A DNA stretch of 59,563 nucleotides from Pavona decussata (lineage: Eukaryota), in assembly GCA_977016875.1 (NCBI GenBank), contig CDRNST010000213.1, positions 1,116,001 to 1,175,563 on the forward strand, written 5' to 3'. The notes below the pieces were generated by a model. That model saw only the letters and a list, made by a program, of their open reading frames with translations. It was not told where the DNA came from and made no database searches. Made by a program: the position numbers and the translations under genes. Each line of letters opens with the position of its first letter. Position 1 is the first letter of the stretch. Below are positions 1-15,400 of the stretch, one piece after another.

Positions 1-138
1 GGACGAGAATGAAGAACAACCAGAAGACACTAACGGTCACTATTTCTCAGGCATGGTATAATGGCCCATATACCATGGTCGCTTAGCCAATTAAATTTCA
101 GGAATGGCGTTATACAATGATCCAGTTTTTATAGTTAC

Positions 139-401
139 CTTATACTGTAAACCTTGTTCAAGATCAATCACTCCCATGCCCTTCTTCCACCCATGGCCTT
201 GGTTTCCTGATTTGTAGAAGATATACCAACTTTTTCCATTTGATATGTCTAGCTTGACTGCCAGGCTTCCAACTGTGTGACCGTACATGTTGTAGTAGAA
301 TTTAAAACACTGCCCTCCTTGCCTGGTTGCCATCCAAGAGCTGACCAGTTCGGCTCTTTGGCCGCTTGTTGTCTGTGATGACTCCATGTAAAGGTAATAT
401 C
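139..401 (-). CDS. Astacin exon 11 (MAM domain); gene continues beyond window start
   Basis: GYYLYMESS...CFKFYYNMYG...GSL...GNQGHGWK; gtaac donor at 138. Confidence 0.9.
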
Positions 402-3400
402 CTGCAAGAAAGAGATCCCCAAATATCACTTCCGAGATAACTCGTGTAGTCTACAGATAAAATCGTAAGCTTGATATACAGAGATCTCAAAATATCACTT
501 GTATTTAACTCGTGTAGTCTATGGATAAAAGGATAAAATCGTAAGCTTGATACACAGAGACCTCAAAATATCACTAGTAAATAATTCGACTAGTCTATGG
601 ATACTAGGATCCTAGGTTTGATAGTCAGAGTTTTCCCATATATCTGCTGTAGGCGTATTGGCATGTTCATTTGAATTAGTTATGCATATTCATTTCTTTC
701 AACGGTGTTTGGTTTCTACATTTTAACTTCATTTGTCGTTTTGGGTGATTCTGTGAGGAAAATGCGAAAACTTATGGCATAAACAAGGGACAGAGAAGGT
801 GGGGACATTGGAATACACTAAACTTTGCTGCTGATGTTTGGAACTCTTTGGACATTTTCCTAAGACAAACGCCCTCCTTAGTATTACATCCGATAAAGAC
901 CATAGGCTAGACAGCTTACTTCCGCCATTATATAAGAATCCACCAAGGTATAACTTAAGAAATTATCGTCCTTACGATATACCACACGTCCATACCCGGC
1001 AACAGGGCAAAGAACTCGTTTATCCTCGCAATGGCCCGCCAAACGAATCAATTTTAAAATCATTTTTTTTTAGAAACGTGATTAAGGTGTTATTAAATTG
1101 ATTATTATTTACTAGATTCCTTTTAGACATAGTTAGCATTTGTATTATATTTTAATCATTATTGTAAACCTTAAATTTTTATTGTAAATATTAGTATGTA
1201 ATTATTACGTAATTCAGCCTACGGGCTGCGATGCAATTTTAATAAACCTTACCCTTACCCTTAGCAGCATTTAAGCTGGCTTGACCAAAGCCAAATTTAA
1301 ATTCATAGTTCCTATTTTTAGCGCAATTTCTTAGCTTGTAATTATTCTTAATTTTCTTTCTTCTTTTTTGATTTACTCTTATACGCTATGTTACTTAAAT
1401 GTTTTCCATATATTTGCTACTATTAATTTTGTAATTTTTCTTTTTGAGGACCTACTGTAAACCACTTTGCGTGCACTTCGGCTTCCTCAATAAAGATTAA
1501 CGTTGAATTGAATTGAATTGAATTGAATTGAATTGAATTGGATTGAACAAACATGTACGAATCTGTGAACTACAAAGTTGCTGACCTTGAAAGGTGAGTG
1601 GCCAATAACAATAATAAAATGATACCCATAATTGTGCTCAAAATCAGGATACTGAGCTGAGCTTATGGCCATGTGACTGTTAATGTTGCCAAACCGAAGA
1701 AATATCCAAGAATACTCACTAGAAGGACTTGCTTGTCAAACATCAAGTCTTCAAATTTGTAACAACTGAAACTAAAACATCACCCTTCCATGTGATGCTC
1801 ATGTCGCAGAATAGATAAACAAAACAAAGATAATACGGTTACCTTTCCCGCTGGTATGATCTCTGTCAGGCCCTGTATTCATGGTTTGAGTGAAGTATCT
1901 ATGAAATTGCCAGTGCAGGTTGTCGGTTTGCGAATTAGTCCACATCCCCAAGCGAAAGTTTTCAAAGTCAGCATCGTCGTTGTCTGTTAAAATTTATAAA
2001 AATAAGTCACTGCTAGTTCACGATCGTGCGGATAAGCAGAAGCATAAACACAGACATTAGTAAAGAAATATGCGCGAACGGGTGTGAGTCATGATTATGC
2101 TTATGCCAGGGGCTTTGGCACTTATCCCACAAGTGTGAACCGGCGTGACGTGACTGCACAGCGCAAGCATAAGAATTAGAGCTCAACGTACTGCGCGTGC
2201 GTATGTTCGCCCCGTGTTGTTCCCAGTTTTCTAGTGGAAACCACAAGCATAAGCACAAGAAAATCAAAAGCACTGCGCGTCACACCATGAGCAATGGTGA
2301 ACATCGACACTCGAAAATAATTATCTCAGTTACCGTCTGATCTGTTGCCCTGTGTCTAATTTCACTTCTCTTTCCGGACAGTTGGGCAACAAGCGAGGCT
2401 TGAAGGCAAACGGAAAATTTTGAGGAGGATAATGCCCGAGGCTGAGCCCAATTTCTTTCAACGAGAAAAACAAAACAAAAAACATCACAGGTTTAAGGCT
2501 AAGTTGTTGTACTGATCCAATCACAGTTTAACAAAATGGAGTAAACTATTCAGCTTGCATTTATTTGACTGCAATCACGCCAAGCCATCGCTGGCTAATT
2601 TCTCTTTTCTACAGCAATTAATCTGAGGGTTGTAAGATAAATAAACCCCTTCCATCTATCTGGTGTATCGAAGGATAATGATTTCGGCTTAAAGATTTCA
2701 CAGTTGCCCTCAATGCTTCGCTTCACGGCCAACTGTTCTAATAATCGCCGTCCGATTTTGTACCACGTGAAGTGTTTTGTCCAATGAGAACGCGCGGAAA
2801 TTAATCAGTGGGTTATAAAATGTCCTAGTCAGCCATGTGTGAGAAAAATGAAAGTAACTTTTCCCTACTTCCACGGGACTGAGATGACATTTACTGCTAA
2901 AAAACTCCCAAAATGACGGCGCCGGGGAGGATATTCAAGAGGATAAAATTTACTTTTAGAATTCTAACTCACCAAGGTGACACCTCTTTAAGATGCACAT
3001 TTCAGTTTCTGTTTCGCTGCCTGGACAAGGCTTTCCACCGTGAGTAGGCGCTGGATTGTCACACATCCGGATTCGTGTTTTGATGCCATCGTTGCATGTT
3101 TTACTGCAAGGACGCCATTCCGACCAGCGACCCCAATGTCCATCAATAGGGGCTACAAAAGGCAAATTGTGAAGAAAGAAAACGCGTTCAGATTACATCA
3201 CAGTATAGGCTGGTAAATAAAAAAATGATTTATTTTTCAGTCAGTGATACAAGGATATTCGAAAAAAGAGAATCCGAGTTCTCAAAACAGGAACCCTCCA
3301 TTTACTAGTTTGGATGCCCGACCGCGGAGCTACAGGAGACTTGTGGGAACGTCGCCATAATAGTTTAATGACCTAGCCACCACAAAGCTGCTCTACATAT

Positions 3401-6400
3401 GACATACTTATGAGTAGTTATTTTACCCCAAAATTTCACTGCGCTTCAAAGCCCTCGCCTCTTTACATAATTTATGGGATATAGAATACACAAATACTGG
3501 GCACTGATTGGTCGAGTAGCTGTGACCATGTTCTAACTTGAGACGTTAACGAATTCTATGAAAATAGCATGAGCGTTGCTATAATATTGTTTTTTTATGC
3601 AGATGATATAGCACTTTTATTATGTACCTCTGGTAGCCTTTAAATCCCCAAACCAAGAACGGTTTGAAATTTCCAAACATTTTTAGTCACATTTATTCAT
3701 GCTCGTAATAGTTTATTCAAACTAATTGATAAACATTATTTACCCGGGCATATAGAGGAAGGACACTTTTCACTCTGTATTTCAACTCCGTATGCATTGA
3801 CGTTTCCTCCACAAGACTTTACGTTTCCTGAATGGTAGCAGTATCTTTCACGGGTGCGATAACAATTGTCGTCACAGGGTGTCCACCGCGACCACGAGGT
3901 CCAACCATATGTTTTAGCTGATGGAAACAACGCAGAATTGAAAAATTAGGGACTCTCAACAAAAAAAATGCAATGTTTCATGGCTCGATGGCTTGATGGT
4001 TTTCCCAAGTTTAGCCTAACTATAAAGCTTATATCAGGGTTATCCGTTATGAATAGACCATTTCCAAGTTGCTTTGAGCCTCATTACCAAAACGAGGTGA
4101 AGTACAAAGCTTTTCATGTGAAAATTAGTTTTCTTTGCATATGAATGAAAAATAATTTTCATAATACAAACTACGCACGAAACCTTGTTTTCATAATGAG
4201 ATTCAAAACAACTCGGAAATGGCCAACTCTGCTTACAATATCGTCCAGTCCTAAAATATTGCGGCTTGTTTTAGTGTGTAACTTGTTATCTTATTATGGG
4301 AAAGTTTACGTCAATTATGTTATTTAAATAATAACAGAATTAAAATGATGGGATTGCAGGCAAACCTAGTTTAACGCAAACGAGAAGGATTAATTCCACT
4401 TTATTTACGTCGCAAATAATCATGCTGATTGGATTAACGCAGATTTTGGAATTTATATTAATTTTCTATAAAAAGGTGTAAAATAAAAGCCAAAGCGGCT
4501 TCGTAGAGTATTTTAAACAATCGCGTAACAAGATCAAAACTTATTTACCTTGACGATTTGGTTTAACATAACGTTGGTTTTAGATGTAAAACGAGATATA
4601 TTAATCCTGTGGCTCACCTTAAACTCGTTAATACCTGGGGCCCGGTTACTCATCATATAAACAAAATGATAGCATTAGCAACAACCGACAGTAACCTAAA
4701 AATTAACATAAGCAACAACAACATAGTAACAACAACAAAAACAGTGACCCCAACATCAACAAAAACAACAACAGCGACGGTGAGAAAAATAGAATAATAG
4801 CAATAACAACAACAGTGACCCCGACATTAACGGAAACAACAATAGCAACAACAACAACAGTGCCCCCAATACAACCAATGAGAAAAACAAAACAACCAAC
4901 CAAAATAAAACACACACCTCAGCCAAAATACGTCTGCCAATGTCTTATGGGAAGACCAAGGTTACAAGAATGGACTACTTTTAAGTAGTCCATTAGCGAC
5001 GGTGCAATTTCTTAGATTAACATTCAAAATTATTTACTTGTACAGTCGTACAAGGCGTTTATTTCAACCACATCTCTTGTACTGAACAAGTCGTCTGGAG
5101 TCCCGAATTCCATGTTCTCATTCCCCACTGCAACAATGGTTGGTTTGCCGTTTTTGGTGAATGCTCTTCTGTCGTAATGCATGACTGACTGGTAGTCATA
5201 CGACACGCCCAAATCATCGATCACTTGCCATGGATACTTGTCAAACTGATCTGAGAAGCCTGAAAGGTAACAACGTAATAGTCCACAGAATAATTTCCAA
5301 ATATCTAGGGGATACTTGGAGTGTATTGGACAAAATCTTGCCTTCGAACATTTTGGATCCTTTTAGGGTGGATGGACTGCCGTGGCAGTTCAGGCCGAGT
5401 TTTGATTTAATATAAGCCGACCGGTTAGCTCAGTTGGTAGAGTGCCGGACTACCGTGCGGGAGGTCGAGGGTTCAAACCCCGGCCGGACCAACACTCAGG
5501 GTCTTTAAATAACTGAGGAGAAAGTGCTGCCTTTACTATGACATCTGCAAATGGTTAGACTTTCTAGTTTTCTCGGATAAGGACGATAAACCGTAGGCCC
5601 CGTCACACAATCCTTGTTTATAATTAACTCTGTGGGACGTTAAAGAACCCACTCACTGTTCGCAAAGAGTAGGGGATGTAGTTCCCAGTGTTGTGGTCTG
5701 GTCTTTGTGTGTATACTCTCATGGTTGGGTGGGTAACTGCTTGCGCATTTGATCACCACGTCATGTTAAAATGCGCGTTACAAGTATTCATTTTATATAG
5801 TTTTTAAAAGGGAAAAGGATCAAAATACAGCGCGCTAAAACACAAGGTTCGTACCTAGAAAGGCTCTGCAAAGATCTTGTAATTTGCGGAGGCTGTTGCT
5901 GAATCAAATAATCCCTTGAAGTAGTCTGAAAATGAAACGCGCCTCATTTTTTTTCCCAAATGCTAGGGGATCATTTTGAAGGGCGAGTGTTGACGAAATA
6001 CAACAATGGAATACGAAAAATCGGTAAACTAACAAATTATTTCATTCAAGTCGAACTAGTAATTTATTTAAGCACAATCTCATGGAAGAGCTCGAAGATT
6101 TCCTGGGAAGTCTGCAAACTCGAGTGACGTTCTGTTCAATGACAAAATTTGCCTTCGCTTTAGCAAAACAATCGCAACGACCTATTTTCGAAAAATAATT
6201 TCTTCGCTTTAAATTCTCTGAATTCCACCCTCTCAGCTGTTGACTATTCCCCACTCCAAAAATTGTGAGAAGACTGATACGAGTTAAGATTGTGGGATTG
6301 CTTGGATGGATGGATGGACATCTTGAGTGGCGTAGTGCTTGCCTAACTGCTGGGAAATGCATTTATCATTCGGTGCATTTTTTTTCTTCCTTTTCACCGG

Positions 6401-9400
6401 CCGAGAGCAAACCACATGACCTGCAAATAACTGCCCACAAATAATGGTCTGCTCATGCGCAATACTGTCCAACTGTGTTTTGCTGCAAAAAATATTCTGC
6501 TCACGCGTAATTGAAACCACGCTCTTGTGTAAAAATGGCAGATCGCTTCCCTGAGCTGTCAGAGAGGGATTTGACATCTTTAGATGATCAAAATTATGAA
6601 AAACAAACTCTGTGATCGAATGATAAAACAATTATGGAACTCGGTTATCGCAAAATATCGTGAATGTCAGTGTCTCACAGATCCATTATTTTCCTCAGCC
6701 TGACAAATTACGATATTTTGCTCAATCTTGAAAATAATTGTTAGTTATTCATCGGCGCAATTTCCATCCGTCTTCTTAAGCGGTCCCATAACCCCTCACT
6801 CGCACCAGTCTCTCCGTAGTTTTTGGAGTGGGGAATTACTTATGTCTTCTGTTTTTCGATTAAGAATTCTAAAAAGGTGAGCGAATTCGCTCACCCTTCC
6901 CTTTCATTTTGCTGTTGGCATTTTTTCCTATTTTCCCCTAATGCACTGACCTTGTCTTTAACTAATCTTGTTACTGCCATTGAACTTAATTAACTTTATA
7001 TTTATTTCGTTGGTTAGTGTTCTTGGATCTGCATGCACATAATTTGGAAAAAGTTAAACAACCAACTTAATTAACTCGTTAGATTCAGGAAAATGAAATG
7101 AAAAATTATGCTTCATGCTACTCTCTTACCATCAAGAATGTTTTCCCAAAAGATCTTTACATAGTTATTTCTGTCGCTTCTTGCTTGTTCGTGGAAGAAA
7201 CCTGACACAGAAAAGTGATTAAGAATTATTACCAAATCATTATCTGACGAACAATTTGAAATTCTATTGTTTAACCGGTGGCGAAGGAAGAAGTTAGCAG
7301 AGCAAACCAAAGCACGTTAGTTTACTATTGGTAATTGTGTATCTTATTTTTTGCGTAAGTAGATATTTATTTTCGAGAACGTACTGGCAGGTTCATTTTA
7401 AAATGAATACAATAAAATCTGCAATTCCACAGCGACAAACCAATGAGTGGTGCCGGATCACTTGTAGACCTGGATCAGCAAATTATCTCAAATACAAAAT
7501 ATTAACGGCAGACTGATCCCAACGGCCGAGGTGACGAGCTTGATAGAACAAACAATAAAAGCTAGGATAACTGAAATATATTAAAACAAGGATTGCATTG
7601 CAGGCATTGGGTAAAATCCCTTCTTCTCTACCTAAACCGAAATTGATCGTTTTTGACGAGACGTCTGCGCCCACTGTGTTCCTATATCAGCTGTGAAATG
7701 ATCTTACCGCAAATCAAAACTTGTCGACAACGATTCAAAAATATCGGAGTGAATACACTCAATACACCCTAGGAATGAAAGAACTGATCGGCGACTGGAA
7801 AGGTCAGTAAACAGTAGTTGTTAGATGTAAACAGTGTACTAGCTGTCGTTACAGTTATCGACTATTTGACACAGAGCGAGGGAACTGGGTCATTCTTCAT
7901 TAAATTCACCATTTCGTTTCGTTTCCAGTCCTTTTGAACAAAAGAATATCTGACCGTAGACTCGACGATAATTAATAGCTGTTTAACCAACCAACGTCGA
8001 CCAAGAATCATACTCTTGTAATGTACAAGAAATCCACATTGATTAACTATAGAAGATGTTAAGTTATAAACTTCATTACAAAATAAGAAAGATGTATTAA
8101 GCAGCAGATTGCGAGCATGGGACAAGGACAAATCTCAGGCCTGGACGAAAATCGAGCCCGTGATCTTTCGTTCAGCGTTCAAAGCCTCTAATCCTGAGCA
8201 GGCGGGGAGTCTCGTAGTGAGTGTTAAGGTGGCCGAACACAGTTTTCGCGCGCTTTACAGATTCTGTTAGTGATGCTATTAAGCGCGCGCTAGGGTTGTG
8301 GTAAACCAATTCTATCGATCCCTCGATTTTATACCAAATGGATCCCAAAGGTGAGTTTTGCTCTTAAAATAACTAAGTTTCTCGTTTGTGAATCCTTCTG
8401 CATTTATCACCGAACAAAGAAAGTGAGTTCACGAAGACCTAATCCTTTTTGCACGCTTTATATCTCTGCTGAGAAAACCTCATTAAAAGCAACGCATGCG
8501 CATTTGACCAAAAAGTTGTGACTGGTTGTTTTAATGAAAATGAACTGTTTTCTAAGGAACCGCTCGTTAGAATTTCGTGAAATTTGACAAAACAGTAGTT
8601 CTCTAAAAGCGTAACTCGCCTACAAACAAAAACCAACATCTAACAGAGGGTAACTTCAAAAAACATTAAAGTGTAAAACCAACATTTACAGGAGATCTAT
8701 CTGTTAAAATTACATGAAAGCAGCGTCACTATGTCAGTATTTTGTGGGTTTTTCTGGAAACAAAAAATGGAAAAAATCAAACGAGTGCATTTTCCAAAAA
8801 TTAAGGAAAACCATTATTTGTGGACGGTAAATAGCTTGCCGCGTTGCCATGGCAACGGCGTTGCCATGGCAACGGCATCTTTCTCAAAAACATTTATTCC
8901 TACTCTGCTAATCTTGCACCAAGCTAATTTCAGGTACTCTGAAGTACGTAGTTTTGAAATAATGTTTACTAACACCTGTATACTGGAAAACTGTGTTCGG
9001 CCACCTTAATCAAATTTAGCCACCTCGTTCGCCACGAATGTACAAGGAAATTGCTGAGTGGTCTCCACCGGTGCAAGTAAGGTCATGAGCTCGACTTCCG
9101 TAGGAACTCACAGAATGCTCATGAACATGCTAGCTGGGCATTGCATTTTGATTAAATTGTAATTTAACAGTCCTCTGTTTGTAGTATTACCTATCGCATG
9201 CATCATCTCGTGTATAATAGTTCCCACAAAGTTGCATCCGTCGCCGAGGGAGATAGTTTGCCGGCCAGCCTCAGCATATCGCTTGCCAATTCGAGATGAA
9301 CATCTTTTGCAATCCATGATGGGAAAAGAGTAAAATGAACATTAGACATGTTTTTGTCACTGTTGTTGTTGTTGTTGTTGTTGTTGTTGTGTTGGTTGTT

Positions 9401-12400
9401 TTTGCCAGTTGTCCAAACCATCCTAATGTCAGCCGGGTGTTTATTTGTACCCGGTGTGAATTCGGGACCTGACGCTAGCAAGGTTATAATTTAAGCGACC
9501 ATNNNNNNNNNNNNNNNNNNNNNNNNNNNNNNNNNNNNNNNNNNNNNNNNNNNNNNNNNNNNNNNNNNNNNNNNNNNNNNNNNNNNNNNNNNNNNNNNNN
9601 NNNNNNNNNNNNNNNNNNNNNNNNNNNNNNNNNNNNNNNNNNNNNNNNNNNNNNNNNNNGGATTCCACGAGGTGGCTCTTCTATCCACTGTTTCCAGGTC
9701 GAATTGGAATTGGGAAATGCTCGTTTTTGTGGAGGGGGGAAGAGGTGAGTATTGGACATGCTCTGGGGGGACAATTACTTATATAATGCAAAACGAAATT
9801 AAATCTTTATAACCATGAGCTGTTTAATTGTTTTACAAGCTAAAAGGACCTCTGCTGTAATTGCCTTTACACTTGCTTATACACTTGCCTTGTCTCAAGG
9901 TAATATTACCGGAAAAGCAGGTTTTAATGATACAAAAAAACGTATGCCAGCAATTGCATAGATGTGTCTAGTGTGATAGTTTTTTTCTCTGTTGAACTTT
10001 ACTTTTTGTTATCAGTATTGTCTTCATTACTGCCTCCTGACTACGCACCAGCCACGTAAACAGTACAACAAATTAACACAATAACTGACAGACACCAGCA
10101 GTCTACAAATAAGCCCAAACCTGAACGACCCGGAACAGCCACTGATACACTGCAAAAACCAAAATTTTCAGAAAGATTGGCAACTGATCAGGTAAAGTTC
10201 CCGCAACATACCCGTGGCTGTTTCCAAACTCAATGTAGTTCTTGTGGTAAGCGCTGTTGTAGGGTACAAATCGAAGACAAGTGTAGCGATGAAACTCTTG
10301 AATGGCTTTCTGTACATTCGACGTCACGTGACCTAAATAGCAAAAAATATATACAGTATATATATTTTCTCGCAAATAAGATTCAGTGGGCTCTGTTCTA
10401 TGCATGCCTACTAATACAGAGATATTTTTGCGCAGTTTATTACTATGCTGGAAAAGCAGATCTTAGCAAGGGCTATTGGAATGCAAAAACAAAATTTGGG
10501 GTAACTACTCATTTTTTAGAGATAATTAAGAAACAATAATTCAAAAAAGTGTTAAAATACAAAGCAGTGTATGGCATTTTTTTTATCAAATTGATACGTT
10601 ATTATCTATGCAAAGGTCAATTGGTAAGTTCTGCTTTCTCCGCATAGTTTTAAACCATGCAAAAATATCCCTTTATTAGTAGGCACCCACCCATGCCATA
10701 GAAAATCGAGTATCTCGAGATGCGCAAAACGTATGCGCAGTAGCAAAAGTATGCACCGTCCTTAAAAGTGACTTTTGGTTTTTGAGAGATAGTAGTTAAT
10801 ATTTTGATTCCGTGAGGATAAGAGTGCCGATTTGGAAGATGAACTTATGTTCTAACCTCTTGCGGCTTCCTGTGATACCATGGTTAGGCAGGTGAAAGTG
10901 TCGAGCGACTGGTTTGAATGCATCTTTGTCATTTTTTTTCCAACGTCTCAAAGATATTTGCGAAATCGCGTTTGAATGAAATTAGTGAAGGTTGTCAAAT
11001 AATTGTACAAGTTTCAGGGTCATTTCGGAGCAAAAGCAAGTTCTATAAAATGATGCTTTTTACTGTATGGTTGTGTGGACGAAAGGTGATCAGCCGAATG
11101 GGCGCGGTGTCGTTTCCTTCGGACAGTAGAGACAATAGGGAGGTTAAGAATGACGTTTACGGCAAACAGCAAACGTGAGATATGACCACGTGACCATGTT
11201 TATCCTATATTTGCTGCTCGTTGTTTTCAGTTTCTCTGTCAAATCAAGTAGTTTTGCGTTGACATCAAAGGCCAGAATTCGTTTGCACTATATATTCTCA
11301 TCTTTGTACTCTTTATTTCAAGAAAACATAAATGCGAATCTCCCGTTTGCCGTTTGCCGTTTGCCGTTTGCCGCAAACGCAATTCTCAGTAGCTCCATTT
11401 GGCAAGTAATTCATGGTAAGGTACCATATAATCACCCACATAACCCTGACCCTAACCCTCCATATAGTCACCCTGATTTACAGAATTCCATCCGCTCGCG
11501 CACAAGGAAAAAAATTGTTATAATTACTTATCCATATTTCTCCTTTTTTGTGGTTTTACTGGAAGATTATAGCTCTCAGTAAAAGTCTACCAAAGACTTC
11601 CGAAATGGGAAAAGATCTCGTCATGTTCACATTTTCAACCTGGTGAAAGAAACACCCATCACCTATATGGACCGGGTCAGTCCCTGGTCACAACCTCCGA
11701 ATTCCGCCATTATATGAGCCACGCATGCAGTCTGGGTTTTCGACATGAAAACTTTCTCACTCTCCTTTGTTCTGGGTGCGGTAGCGGTCTCGGTGCAATA
11801 TAAAACAATAATTATTTCTTTTTGTTCACTATTTACAACAACAGCTTGTCGAGCCCTAGATATGGCAGTCCCCTTTCATCTCCTTTCCCCCAGCCCATCC
11901 CCAAAACGATATATGAAGTACTTACTCATCCAGGATGGGATCCGGTATGGGATAATTCGACTGGTCCACAGTCTCTTGCGTGATCTAATAGCGTTCCTTG
12001 AGTTGCCTCCAGTCTTTATGTAATACTGAAGTTCGGGATCCAAAATTATGTCACCTTGATAAAACTCGGAGATGTTTCCTAGAAGAGTAAATCAACACAA
12101 ACGTGAAGTTCCGGGCTAATATTAGAGCATTTCGAAAAGCTGAGTCGTACACGAAAGAAGCAGCACGATTAAAAGTTATTTCAAAAGAGACATAACATCG
12201 GAAACCTGCAAAGGTAGATCGCGCTCAAGTGAAATGACTAAATCAACAAAATAAATCATACAATGGTGGCTTTTAAACGTTTTTAGCCATCTGCAGAAAG
12301 CGGAACTCTTTTATCTTTCTTATAAGAGTAACCAGCGATGATGTATTGGGACATCAACTGCGATTTTATTGAGGTTTAAAAGCACTAGAACATCTTGCGC

Positions 12401-15400
12401 AAAGCTCTTACGCCAATTCAGCAGAGAGCTGGGGAGTACATTCAAGTTTCCTCGTAATCACAACCAATTTTTAACATCAAATTAAGCCCCACTATATGAC
12501 TTAACTTTACAACTTTCCCAAAAATTCATCCCACGCAATTTGGCATGTGATATATAAATTTGCGTGGCTTAATGTTTCTATGGCAAATTTGGACAGGGAT
12601 GGTTTGTGAATTTTTTTTATTTCCTTCGGTTTTACATTTGATCTTTTCGTCATAACTTGGACAAAAGAAAGAATGTCAAGACTTTTTCCTTGGAAATTAA
12701 ATTGTTTCGTTTTCCCCGAGGGACTTTCAAAATATTTCCGCCATGTAGATCGCTGTAAATTTCTTCATGTTTTGTAGTCGGCGCCAGAACTTGTTGTTTT
12801 TCTCGTGTAGTACGAAATTGTTTTTTTTTGGTATATTCGAAGTGGAGTTTGACGGACAATAAATGCATATCCTGTGTATAGTGGAGTCTCGTGGACATAA
12901 CTATAACAATTTTACACACATTTAGCCGGCAATTTGACCACTCTTAACACTTGTGAAGGTTTCCTGTTTGTTGTTGTTGTTGTTGTTGTTGTTGTTTTTC
13001 TATAGAAATTGAAAGATTCAACTGAGGTGTAGTCTCCTTCGCAGCCGTCGTTTGGGCTTGTCACGCCCGTGGATAGATACCGTTCACAGATGATGGTGCA
13101 AATATTTTTTCCTGACCGCGTGATTACCATTTCAGAGGTACACAAAATACCGCCTCCAGTGAGAAATATAATACAAACACTTTAACTTAAGCTTAATTCC
13201 AGCATCATGTGCACTGCTGTAATATCTTCTCATAAGTAATTGATATCCCGGGATTGTTTATGCAGCTTGGAAAGCGCCAACTCCCGGACAATTTTAACAC
13301 AAGGAGAAAGCCCAAACACAAAGATGATAAAGTCCTTGGAGTATTGCTACCATTGTGTATCTCCTGTTAAAAAAGTACTCCCTAAGAGAATTTAAAAAGC
13401 TAATTGATAATTACACTTGACATGCAGGTATACCAATACGTCCAAAACTGTTCCCTAAGGGAACCCTTGGAGGTTCTCAAAAATAGGCAACCGTTTAAGG
13501 GTACATGTGTTTGATGAAAAAAGCAGAAAATTAATGCACAAATGCCCCGGTAGTTGAAAAGTATGGTTACGTTGACCCTATTTGGGTGACCATCTAAAAG
13601 CTCACTCGTGCATCTTCGTGTACTCAGTTTCTTTTAATTTCTTGGCCAAAAGGCCTCATGCACATTCATCCCCTTAATAAGAGGTACACAGATCTGAAGA
13701 AGAATATCGCTTTCAACCGGGTAAGCTTTATTTGTGCACAGCCGTGTATATAAGCAATTGAAAGTTTGCCCCGATGAATATAATACTTGTAGCAACAAAG
13801 AAAGATGGCACGCAAAAGTTTCCTTAGATTGAAGAGGTACACATTCTGAAAGTTCTGGCAAGCCATGTTTGAAACCTATTGCCGAAATAACTACCAAAAA
13901 TATCGGCAAATTTGTATTTCAAAAAGCCTCTTGAAACTGCGTGCGCAAAGTATCCGTAAAACAAACGATTTGTCACGAATCTTGTGGCCATGTAATATGA
14001 TGTTTTAAGTACAAAATAACATAGATAGGTTTACAAGGAAAGGAGGGAAAAGGGAAGAAGTTGAGAAACAAGCTGGGTCGTACCTTCATTTGCTTTCTCT
14101 ATGCCTTCAAAGACGTTGCCGCTCTGAGATTCGTTACCAGGAACTTGACGTTTCTGTCTGATATGCGCCATATTGACTGCTAAGATGCGGCCATGGACAG
14201 TATCATGCTCTGAAACAATAAAGTGGCTTGCATTAAGAAATAAATCATAATAACGTCTTTCACTGTTCCATAGTGTTCAGAAAGGCTCAGGGTGGGGTTA
14301 ATGTTTACAACTTGAAAGTCAATAACATTAAACAATAATTCTTTGGTTGGAGTATAAAATATAACATGGAATTGAGTTTGCAATGACACAGTGAAACGTA
14401 CGGACGCTACATTTTTTTCCTTACAGTCATATTCTTTTCGGATTTAATATTTCTGACCCTTCCCTTAGCGTTGTGTGACTTTTGTTCATCTTAGGACTTC
14501 GTGATTAAAAAGAATCTTCAGGAACTAAGCAATCGAGTTCAGAAGTGACTTTATCAGAATATTCAGTCTCATAAGAGCGAGCATACTTGTAGCGAAAAAC
14601 CAACGAGAATTGTAAAACCTGCGATTCAATAAACAGTGAAGTTTGCGAAGAACGGCCTGGGGTCTTGAACTGAAATGTTTCTGGCCACACACTGAATTAG
14701 AAAATAAACTTGAACATGCTGTCATAGATTCTTCCCTACGAGAGGCTAGTATTTAAAGCTCATTGTTACTGCGGTATCCTTCATGGATCCTTCATTCACT
14801 AAATGGCGCAAAAGTCATAAAATAATCAGCTGATCCGATTAACAACAAACATTTACGACCGGAGCCAATGCTGTCTGTAATCAAATGCTCCGGAGAAACA
14901 CAAGTGGAAAAAAAACGAAAACAATAATGAAACTGAACGAAAACAAAAAAATGTGTAAAATGAGAACAACGAAACCATAGAGACATATATAACATGAACA
15001 AAAATGCTACGAATGTGACTGCCAAGTGAAGACGGGTGAAACAAAAGCCGTACGTAAAAATATTATGCTCTTATCCAAAACATGACATTTAAAACCAAGC
15101 ACCTCACGTATGGGACAAAGCTTCTTACAATTAAGCAGATTTGTCATGTCGACACTTCAATCACACATTATTGATCGGCGACGTCACAGAAGGCAAGAAG
15201 AGCAGAATCAAATCCTGCACGGAACAGGCTTATCACACGTGCGTTTCCTTCGCTATAAATTCAGTGGAAGTTCCTGCTACATTCCAGACTATTGGCAAGA
15301 TTTTCCCTTTCATTTCCACGGATCTTCGTTTCGGGTTACCCGAGGAACGTCAACCGAAAAAATTCAGTATTCGTGTCAATTTTTAAGCACGGTGCCTTCT

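Noticed and set aside
412-630. CRISPR-like array
   Set aside because: Whole-unit tandem repeats without unique spacers, in a eukaryotic intron.
4609-4915. Thr-rich and hydrophobic ORFs
   Set aside because: (AAC)n-derived degenerate repeat inside an astacin intron.
5416-5495. tRNA gene (also at 24773)
   Set aside because: Has A and B boxes but no convincing acceptor stem, and it continues into a shared SINE body.
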